A DNA stretch of 32,000 bases from NCBI RefSeq assembly GCF_000196355.1, contig NC_007614.1:990001-1022000 (forward strand), written 5' to 3'. This stretch comes from Nitrosospira multiformis ATCC 25196 (lineage in GTDB: Bacteria > Pseudomonadota > Gammaproteobacteria > Burkholderiales > Nitrosomonadaceae). The translations under genes and the position numbers were made by a program. Shown in pieces: positions 18,576-25,334 of this stretch; positions within the stretch are counted from its first letter, which is position 1; every line of letters begins with the position of its first letter. Under the pieces are notes generated by a model. It had not been told where the DNA came from. It searched no databases and saw only the letters and a list, made by a program, of their open reading frames with translations.

Positions 18576-19298
18576 TCAGGGCACCGTCATTGCAGGTCGA
18601 AAACCCAGATAGCGCATACGTTTGTTGGTATCGAACCAGTTGCACATACCCGCCCGCATGTCCTGGGGCCGGTGATTCCAGGAGCCACCGCACAGGAGGC
18701 GTTTTGCACAATTCCCTTTCCGGCAGGTATCCATCCACTGCCAGACATTCCCCATCATATCGTACAGGCCAAAGGCATTAGGTTTGAAACTGCCGACAGG
18801 AGCGGTTCTCCTGTTATCCCACTCGCTCCCGCATCCATCGCAATTGGCGTTATTGCGCCCGACGTCGTTGCCCCAATAGTATTGAGTAGTCGCGCCGGCC
18901 AGGGTGGCAACTTCCCATTCCTCTTCCGTGGGCAGCCGGTAAGTCTTGCCGGACTTATCCGACAGCCATCGCAAGTAAGCTTGCGCGTCATCCCAGCTTA
19001 CATTCACAACCGGTCTTTTACCGCGCCCCCAGCCATTATCGGGGGGAACATACCCACCGCAGCCGCCTCCTTCAACACACGCCTCCCAGTCGTCGAACGT
19101 TACGGCGTATTTACCCATGGCAAATTTCTTGCCTGCAATGGATACCATTTCAGGACAGACGGGGCACGCTTTTGCGGAGTTCAAGGTATTGTTTTCGCTC
19201 GCCGTCACCGGATTGCAAAAGAGCGCGACAATGCTTATGAATAGCGCTAAAGCTGAGGTGTGCAGGGGGCGAAGATATACCAATTTCATGAGTTGCAT
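18576..19298 (-). CDS. Secreted formylglycine-generating-enzyme (SUMF1/FGE-sulfatase) domain protein (~240 aa)
   Basis: FGE-domain hallmarks are present: VTFDDWEAC, PVVNVSWDDAQAYLRWLS, YRLPTEEEWE, NAFGLYDMMGNVWQWM, GGSW and LGFR. An N-terminal hydrophobic leader (ALALFISIVALFCNPVTASE) follows ATG 19298 or 19289. The track start at 19370 is a GTG. Confidence 0.8.
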   Translation of the reverse strand: MQLMKLVYLRPLHTSALALFISIVALFCNPVTASENNTLNSAKACPVCPEMVSIAGKKFAMGKYAVTFDDWEACVEGGGCGGYVPPDNGWGRGKRPVVNVSWDDAQAYLRWLSDKSGKTYRLPTEEEWEVATLAGATTQYYWGNDVGRNNANCDGCGSEWDNRRTAPVGSFKPNAFGLYDMMGNVWQWMDTCRKGNCAKRLLCGGSWNHRPQDMRAGMCNWFDTNKRMRYLGFRPAMTVP

Positions 19299-19479
19299 CT
19301 GAGCAAGTGAAAAGACTGGCCAGCAAATTCGATAATTGTATAGAAAAGCCGTTGATATCCAAAACTTCACGAAGAATCAGATTAATGCAGGCAATATGTA
19401 TGTTAGCGCACGGAATGACATTGGAATCAGGGGTACTGTGCGATTTCAGTCAATCGCTGAGCTGATAAGGAGAGTAATC

Positions 19480-19800
19480 ATGAAACGTTCTTCCTTGATA
19501 TCCGCGTACACACTGCTTCCAATTGTCGCGGCATTTGTTCTCGGTGTGAGTACGTCGGGTGGAGCCTATGCTGGTGAGTACGATATGCCGGACGAGATCG
19601 CACCGGCTGATTCTCCGGCCACTCGGGATACGGACGATAAAGCCGGGGATAAGAGCATCAAGGAAAGATTGCACATGAAGGAAGGCACTTCGATGAAAAG
19701 AGGTCAGGATAATTCCAGATACCAGACCGACGGTACCGAAAGATATGAGGAGAAGAAGGATTACAGCGGCAGTGGGCCGAAGCGCGAAGACCGCTATTGA
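19480..19800 (+). CDS. Small secreted, highly charged, low-complexity protein (106 aa)
   Basis: ATG 19480 is preceded by AAGGAG 7 nt upstream. Signal peptide: MKRSSLISAYTLLPIVAAFVLGVSTSGGAYA|GE. The mature part is D/E/K/R-rich with no recognisable domain. The longer track ORF (from 19336) lacks an SD. Confidence 0.6.
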   Translation: MKRSSLISAYTLLPIVAAFVLGVSTSGGAYAGEYDMPDEIAPADSPATRDTDDKAGDKSIKERLHMKEGTSMKRGQDNSRYQTDGTERYEEKKDYSGSGPKREDRY

Positions 19801-19809
19801 TAAGTGAGG

Positions 19810-19837
19810 GCGGCGATCATTCTCCTCGGATCGCCGC
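19810..19837 (+). terminator. Perfect 9-bp GC-rich hairpin 10 nt after the small-protein stop
   Basis: GCGGCGATC (19810-19818) pairs with GATCGCCGC (19829-19837) around a 10-nt loop, followed by TCTCTC (a weak U-tract). A second 6-bp hairpin, ATAGCC/GGCTAT, lies at 19847-19865. Confidence 0.4.
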
Positions 19838-19916
19838 TCTCTCGGCATAGCCGCGGGCAGGCTATACGGTCAGGTGTGGCTTGAAACCTTGAATTCTGCT
19901 CCTTCTCCACTCCAGA

Positions 19917-19960
19917 CTCCCTCTCCCCAGCGGGGAGAGGGGGTTCCCGAGTTTCTCGGG
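19917..19960. repeat. REP-like palindrome (CTCCCTCTCCCC agc GGGGAGAGGGGG) plus an adjacent CCCGAG/CTCGGG hairpin
   Basis: An 8-bp perfect stem (19921-19928 with 19932-19939) is extendable to about 12 bp (19917-19943) around a 3-nt loop. A second hairpin has arms at 19946-19951 and 19955-19960. Confidence 0.55.
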
Positions 19961-19997
19961 GATCGAACAGGGTCGGACAGGAAAGCCCCTTCACCAC

Positions 19998-21662
19998 TTA
20001 CCGATTGATCGGCTTATACCTGATCCGCTTGGGCTTTGCGGCTTCCTCCCCGAGGCGTTTCCGCTTGTCCGCTTCATATTCCTGGTAATTGCCATCGAAG
20101 AATGCCACCTGCGAATTGCCCTCGAACGACAGGATATGGGTAGCGATACGGTCAAGGAACCAGCGGTCATGCGAGATGACCATCACGCATCCCGCAAACT
20201 CTAGCAACGCATCTTCCAGTGCACGCAGAGTTTCCACATCGAGGTCGTTGGAAGGCTCATCCAGCAATAGGACATTGCCTCCGGCAATAAGCGTTTTAGC
20301 CAGGTGAAGTCTTCCACGTTCACCCCCGGACAAGTTACCCACTATCTTCTGTTGATCCGAGCCCTTGAAATTGAAACGGCCAAGATAGGCGCGTGCTGGC
20401 GTTTCATATCTGCCGACCGTCAGGAGGTCATGCCCGTCCGAGATCGCATCGAATACGGTTTTACCGTCTTCCAAGGCGGCGCGCGATTGATCCACATGGG
20501 AAATTTTCACGGTTGCGCCGATTTCTATATTGCCGGAATCCGGCTGCTCCTTTCCTGTAATCATCCGGAAAAGCGTGGATTTTCCGGCTCCATTCGGACC
20601 GATGATACCGACAATGGCACCGGGAGGCACCTTGAAACTCAGATTGTCGATCAGCAGGCGATCGCCATATGCTTTCGATACGTTCCTGAACTCGATGACT
20701 TCGTTACCCAGTCTTTCGGCCACAGGAATGAAGATCTCCTGCGTTTCGTTACGTTTCTGGTACTCCTGCGAATTGAGTTCATCAAAGCGCGCAATACGTG
20801 CCTTGGATTTTGCCTGGCGTCCCCTGGGGTTTTGTCGTACCCACTCCAGCTCTTTTTTAAGCGCTTTCTGGCGTGCCGATTCGGCTGATTCTTCCTGTTT
20901 CAGGCGGGTTTCTTTCTGCTCCAGCCAGGAACTGTAATTGCCCTTCCATGGGATGCCGTGCCCGCGGTCGAGCTCCAGGATCCATTCCGCCGCGTTATCG
21001 AGAAAATAGCGATCGTGCGTCACTGCCACTACAGTACCCGGAAACCGTGTAAGGAATTGCTCCAGCCATTCCACTGACTCCGCATCCAGGTGGTTGGTAG
21101 GTTCGTCTAGCAATAGCATGTCCGGTTTGGACAGCAGCAATTTGCATAAGGCGACACGCCGTTTCTCGCCACCCGAGAGATTCTTTACGATGGCGTCCCA
21201 TTCCGGCAGACGCAGCGCATCGGCTGCGACTTCCATCTGCTGACCGATGTTTCCGCCGCTGGCGGCGATGATCGCTTCGAGCCGGCTTTGCTCGGACGCC
21301 AGGGCATCGAAGTCCGCATCCGGCTCGGCATAGGCAGCATAAACCTCCTCCAGTTTCTGTTGCGCGCTGAATACCTCCCCCAGCCCTTCCTGTACCGCTT
21401 CGCGTACCGTGTGCTCGGCGTTGAGCTGCGGCTCCTGTGGAAGGTAACCGATATTGAGGTTGGGCATGGCAGTGACTTCGCCCTCGATATCCTTGTCCAC
21501 GCCCGCCATGATTTTCAGAACGGTTGATTTGCCTGAACCGTTGAGTCCCAGCAAACCTATCTTTGCGCCGGGAAAAAAACTGATGGAAATATCCTTGAGT
21601 ATCGTGCGCCGGGGTGGAACCACTTTGCCCACCCGGTTCATGGTAAGTACGTATTGGGCCAT
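19998..21662 (-). CDS. ettA: Energy-dependent translational throttle protein EttA (ABC-F ATPase)
   Basis: 554 aa with the N-terminus MAQYVLTMNRVGKVVPP. There are two ABC cassettes (GLNGSGKST/LSGGEKRR/LLLDEP and GPNGAGKST/LSGGERGR/LLLDEP) and no TM domain. Confidence 0.93.
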   Translation of the reverse strand: MAQYVLTMNRVGKVVPPRRTILKDISISFFPGAKIGLLGLNGSGKSTVLKIMAGVDKDIEGEVTAMPNLNIGYLPQEPQLNAEHTVREAVQEGLGEVFSAQQKLEEVYAAYAEPDADFDALASEQSRLEAIIAASGGNIGQQMEVAADALRLPEWDAIVKNLSGGEKRRVALCKLLLSKPDMLLLDEPTNHLDAESVEWLEQFLTRFPGTVVAVTHDRYFLDNAAEWILELDRGHGIPWKGNYSSWLEQKETRLKQEESAESARQKALKKELEWVRQNPRGRQAKSKARIARFDELNSQEYQKRNETQEIFIPVAERLGNEVIEFRNVSKAYGDRLLIDNLSFKVPPGAIVGIIGPNGAGKSTLFRMITGKEQPDSGNIEIGATVKISHVDQSRAALEDGKTVFDAISDGHDLLTVGRYETPARAYLGRFNFKGSDQQKIVGNLSGGERGRLHLAKTLIAGGNVLLLDEPSNDLDVETLRALEDALLEFAGCVMVISHDRWFLDRIATHILSFEGNSQVAFFDGNYQEYEADKRKRLGEEAAKPKRIRYKPINR

Positions 21663-21932
21663 AACTGAATGAAAAATTGAAAAAATTCGAGTTTAACGCA
21701 TGAGAGTCCCAGCATGAAGCACTATCCGGACAGAATATTCTTCTGCTGTTTCATGTATCGAAAATCACGCAACAAATGCTGAGCTAGCGTTATTTCTTTA
21801 TAATTCCTCCCGCTCCCGGCAGTAGAAAGATTTCTTTATCTGAACCCCCACGGACTCCTGATTTTTTTGCGCGTGGCCGGACCCGCCCCGGCTTCGATTA
21901 CGCACGTTTGGCGGTGGATTGGAGTGAAATAA

Positions 21933-22262
21933 ATGCTGTTTTCTCTGAGAAGCGCGGCGCTTGTCATCGTTGCCGCAAGTGGTTTATTGGTCGGTTGCGC
22001 GACCTCGGAAAAAGTACAAGTGGTGCAGCCCGGTGACCCGAACCTGTCCTGCAATGCAATCAAGGGGGAATTTGCGAGGCTTGACAAAGCACAAGCTGAC
22101 ATAGATTCAAAGAGAGGGGTTACTGGAACCAATGTTGCAGCAGCCCTTTTTTGGCTTCCGGGCCTGGCCTATACCTATTATGATGCCGGGGAGGCAACCC
22201 GGTTGATCAGTGACAGAAGGAGTGCGCTTACGACCATCTATAACAACAAAAATTGCCAGTAA
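21933..22262 (+). CDS. Small lipoprotein (109 aa), unknown function
   Basis: ATG 21933 has GGAG upstream. Lipobox: AASGLLVG|C. The mature part has two further Cys (C40, C108). Confidence 0.7.
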   Translation: MLFSLRSAALVIVAASGLLVGCATSEKVQVVQPGDPNLSCNAIKGEFARLDKAQADIDSKRGVTGTNVAAALFWLPGLAYTYYDAGEATRLISDRRSALTTIYNNKNCQ

Positions 22263-22272
22263 GCCATCGCTT

Positions 22273-22316
22273 GGCCTGTTTGAGCTGCTTGCTCTGAAAG
22301 GGGCAAGCGTCAGGCC
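22273..22316. terminator. Nested stem-loop between the convergent lipoprotein and GST genes
   Basis: The outer stem is GGCCTG (22273-22278) with CAGGCC (22311-22316). The inner stem is GCTTGC (22287-22292) with GCAAGC (22303-22308). There is no U-tract on either strand. Confidence 0.3.
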
Positions 22317-22366
22317 GCAAATTGCGCAGCGCCCGATAAATTTCTCGTGCCTTTCTCCTGCCTTTC

Positions 22367-23092
22367 TCATGGCTTGTGCGACGTCGCCCGGGCAAGCCGC
22401 TCGGCATTATCCCTAGTGTCATACATATTGATAACAGGCTTATCCTTTGCCGCCTTTTCCATTCTGGCCCGAATTCCGGCTGCCATTTCATTATTGCGCT
22501 GCACTGCGGGACGCGCCTCCATTGCAGTAAACCAGCGCATGAAGCTCGGGAAGGCCTCTCCACCGACGCCGCGCTCCGCATGCCCTTTACACCAAGGGTA
22601 GGTGGCGATATCGGCGATTGAATATTCATCGCACCCGAGCCACGCGGATGCGCCCAGCCGGTTTTCCAGCACTCGATAGAGGCGCAGCGACTCATTGTTG
22701 TACCTGTCCCGCGCGTATTGGTTGTCTCTGGCCTGCCGATTGAAATGGTTCGCCTGCCCGAACATGGGGCCGATATGCGCCACCTGGAAGAACAGCCATT
22801 GCAGCGTATCATAGCGCTTATGCGCCTCCACAGGCAGGAATCTGCCTGTTTTCTCCGCGAGATAAAGGAGAATCGCACCCGATTCCATCATTGTGTAGGG
22901 GCTACCCCCCGGACCCTCCATATCCACGATCGCCGGAATCTTGTTATTGGGATTGAGTTTCAGATGCTCCGGCTGGAATTGCTCCCCCACATTGATATCG
23001 ACGTCGATGTGTTTCCATTCGATTCCGATTTCTTCCAGCATGATCATCACTTTCTGGCCGTTCGGGGTTGGACTGGAATGCAGTTCGATCAT
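22367..23092 (-). CDS. yfcG: Glutathione S-transferase, YfcG-like (Nu-class) with a C-terminal extension
   Basis: Start at ATG 23092 (MIELHSSPTPNGQKV), with AGGAGG 4 nt upstream. The track start at 23134 precedes that SD. The stretches PNNKIPAIVD, ESGAILLYLAEKTG, TLQWLFFQV and YSIADIA closely resemble E. coli YfcG as I recall it. Confidence 0.85.
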   Translation of the reverse strand: MIELHSSPTPNGQKVMIMLEEIGIEWKHIDVDINVGEQFQPEHLKLNPNNKIPAIVDMEGPGGSPYTMMESGAILLYLAEKTGRFLPVEAHKRYDTLQWLFFQVAHIGPMFGQANHFNRQARDNQYARDRYNNESLRLYRVLENRLGASAWLGCDEYSIADIATYPWCKGHAERGVGGEAFPSFMRWFTAMEARPAVQRNNEMAAGIRARMEKAAKDKPVINMYDTRDNAERLARATSHKP

Positions 23093-23213
23093 GATTCCTC
23101 CTGGGTCACTTGCATGATTGGTTCTTTCCGTCAATTACTCGTGGATGGCAGAGCATGGTCCCTCCATTGTCTGGTTTGTCTTGTTGCCTCATTGTGTGTC
23201 AGGCTGTAACGGA

Positions 23214-23229
23214 CTGTACTGTTCGACAG
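23214..23229. promoter_or_regulatory. CTGT-N8-ACAG palindrome (SOS/LexA-box core) in the GST/djlA divergent region
   Basis: CTGTACTGTTCGACAG lies at 23214-23229. Only the 4+4 core matches, and the N8 spacer is not AT-rich. Confidence 0.2.
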
Positions 23230-23354
23230 GGGAAAAAGGTTCAGCATGGCGCAGAGGCATTTGCTGATATTATTTCACTCATCATTGCTCTTTCCCCAGA
23301 TAGCGGCACCGAATCACTTTTTTGCCGTTTTCATGTCCCTCAAAGGAAGCTCGC

Positions 23355-24128
23355 TTGTTCAAAATAATTTTAGCCCTGTTGGGCCTTTACTTCTTCGGCA
23401 TTTTTGGCGCATTTCTCGGATACATTGCCGGCAGCTTCATCGATCGTTACCGTGCTTACGGCGCAGGTGCAATCAATCCGTTTACGAGCGCACAGCGGCA
23501 GACGGTTTTTCTCGAAACCGTTTTCATACTCATGGGAAAACTTGCCAAGGCAGACGGTCATATTTCCCAGGAGGAGATTAACCATGTTGAAAACTTCATG
23601 CAGAAGCTGGGGATGTCGCCGGAGCATCGACAGGTGGCGATCGGGCTTTTCAAACAGGGCGCTGCGCCCGGGTTTGATCACGCCCCCAAGCTGAATGAGT
23701 TCATGATTGTTTGCGGGCATACCCGTAACTTGGGGCAGATGCTTCTGGTTTATCTTATCGTCATGGCAGTGGCGGACGGGCACATGGACGCGGCCGAGGA
23801 AAGCTTGTTAAGAGATGTAGCGCGCTATCTTGGCTATGACCCGTCTGCATTCCGCCAGCTGCTGGACATGGTGTTGAGTCAGTCGCATTTCGCAAGGGGG
23901 CAGCCACCCTCGGCTACCACTCTTGACGATGCCTATAAAGCGTTGGGGGTGACCCGGGAAAGCAGCGATCAGGAAATCAAGCGCGCCTATCGCAAGCTGA
24001 TGAGCCAGTACCACCCCGATAAATTGATGGGGCAGGGCATGCCGGAAGATATGATTGCAATGGCCACCGCAAAATCCCAGGAAGTGCAGGCTGCCTATGA
24101 CTTGATCAGGAAGAGCCGGAATATGTAG
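23355..24128 (+). CDS. djlA: Co-chaperone DjlA (membrane-anchored J-domain protein)
   Basis: It has an N-terminal TM segment (IILALLGLYFFGIFGAFLGYIAG), a central TerB-like region and a C-terminal J domain (YKALGVTRESSDQEIKRAYRKLMSQYHPDK). There is no in-frame ATG near the N-terminus. Candidate starts are TTG 23355 (AAGGAAG 5 nt upstream, preferred) or TTG 23322 (the track). Confidence 0.85.
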   Translation: MFKIILALLGLYFFGIFGAFLGYIAGSFIDRYRAYGAGAINPFTSAQRQTVFLETVFILMGKLAKADGHISQEEINHVENFMQKLGMSPEHRQVAIGLFKQGAAPGFDHAPKLNEFMIVCGHTRNLGQMLLVYLIVMAVADGHMDAAEESLLRDVARYLGYDPSAFRQLLDMVLSQSHFARGQPPSATTLDDAYKALGVTRESSDQEIKRAYRKLMSQYHPDKLMGQGMPEDMIAMATAKSQEVQAAYDLIRKSRNM

Positions 24129-24173
24129 GAATGCCCTGAACCCGTTGCTCCCTGGCGAACCTGTTTTGAATGC

Positions 24174-25334
24174 TTAGAGATTCAGCGGCTCCACGTAACC
24201 GGTCAGTTCGAGGTAGCCGCGCCCCGCAGGTTCGCCATCGCGGGTAACGGTCACCGCGCCTTCCCAATAGACGGCGCCGGTGGATTGCCGCGAGTCAAGT
24301 TCCTGGTCGTCCATCAGGGGTGTGAGGATCCAGCCGGTAGTGCCGGTCCGGATTCGTATTTTGACTGGATAGGTGGTGTTGGTGCGTGTTGAATGCCAGG
24401 TGCGTTGCGGTTCAAAGCTTACCTGATCCGGTTCAAAGCGCGTGAACTGCCCCGACGGCTTCCGGATCCCGGCATACGCCCAGACCTTGCTGCCGTCCTT
24501 GCCGCGGATCTGAAACGCCATCAGGGCTGACCCATCGTCAAGATTGGCGCCAACCCAATCCCATCCTACCGCTTTCGGATCGAGGTAGGCAGTAGACCAC
24601 TCGTGGTCGAGCCACGCGATGCCCTTCACGGTGATTTCCTCGCCATCGCGCGTTACTTTCCCACTTACCTGCAGGTGAGGCTCACTGTAGTAATAGCTGG
24701 CCTGCTCCGGGTGCGGCCCCTTCCTGGAAAAACCGTTGAGATCTTGCAGCATGGGGGATTGCGTGGGCGTCAGCGAAAAATCGAGCCGGAAATGGTCTGC
24801 TTTTATGCGTGTCTGGTAGCGCCCGTTTTCCTCCCGCACCATAAACCAATCGCCCAGTTTGACGTTCGTGTTGTCCTCTGTGGTATATGCCAGACCAAAA
24901 CCATCCCGTGCACTTTTCTGGTCATGCAGGAGTTTACCCGCTGCCGGATCAGACAAGGCGGCGTGGGCAATGATGAGGTCTCTGGGGGCAAAGCGGCTGG
25001 GGTTGGCGCGATCGTGTTCGGTCGCCACACGGAAAAAGGTGATCTGGAAGCCAAGCGGTTCTTTTTCGGGTGTTTCCAGCCAGCCGGTTACATACCACCA
25101 CTCATTTCTGAAACCAGGATGCGCCCCGAAATCCCGTGGGAACACAAGGGGCACGTTTCGAACTACCGGTGAGAGTTGTGGCCGTTCTGCCAGAACACGA
25201 CCGGTGGTAAAGAAAGCAAGGAACAAAGCTGCAACAAGGAAAGCGGTTCCAGTCAGCCGTTTGAATCCGGCATCGTGCCACCTTTGTTTGCGGGAACGGG
25301 TGAAATATCCGGGATTACGCTTTACGACTCGCAT
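24174..25334 (-). CDS. AttH-like / CrtC-type lipocalin-domain protein (386 aa), N-terminal membrane anchor or signal
   Basis: Start at ATG 25334, which shares one base with the permease TAA (TAATG). The stretch FPRDFGAHPGFRNEWWYVTGWL...GFQITFFR is the signature I associate with the AttH/hydroxyneurosporene-synthase-like family. The hydrophobic N-terminus is TAFLVAALFLAFFTTG. Confidence 0.8.
   Translation of the reverse strand: MRVVKRNPGYFTRSRKQRWHDAGFKRLTGTAFLVAALFLAFFTTGRVLAERPQLSPVVRNVPLVFPRDFGAHPGFRNEWWYVTGWLETPEKEPLGFQITFFRVATEHDRANPSRFAPRDLIIAHAALSDPAAGKLLHDQKSARDGFGLAYTTEDNTNVKLGDWFMVREENGRYQTRIKADHFRLDFSLTPTQSPMLQDLNGFSRKGPHPEQASYYYSEPHLQVSGKVTRDGEEITVKGIAWLDHEWSTAYLDPKAVGWDWVGANLDDGSALMAFQIRGKDGSKVWAYAGIRKPSGQFTRFEPDQVSFEPQRTWHSTRTNTTYPVKIRIRTGTTGWILTPLMDDQELDSRQSTGAVYWEGAVTVTRDGEPAGRGYLELTGYVEPLNL

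Noticed and set aside
22228-22878. 216-aa minus-strand ORF overlapping the GST gene in another frame
   Set aside because: The GST frame has clear YfcG-like homology along its full length. The alternative frame is Arg/Ser/Cys-rich with no motifs.
23262-23282. Possible sigma-54 promoter (TGGCGC…TTGCT) upstream of djlA
   Set aside because: The GG-to-GC spacing is 15 nt rather than the 12 nt expected for the -24/-12 elements, so it does not fit the consensus.
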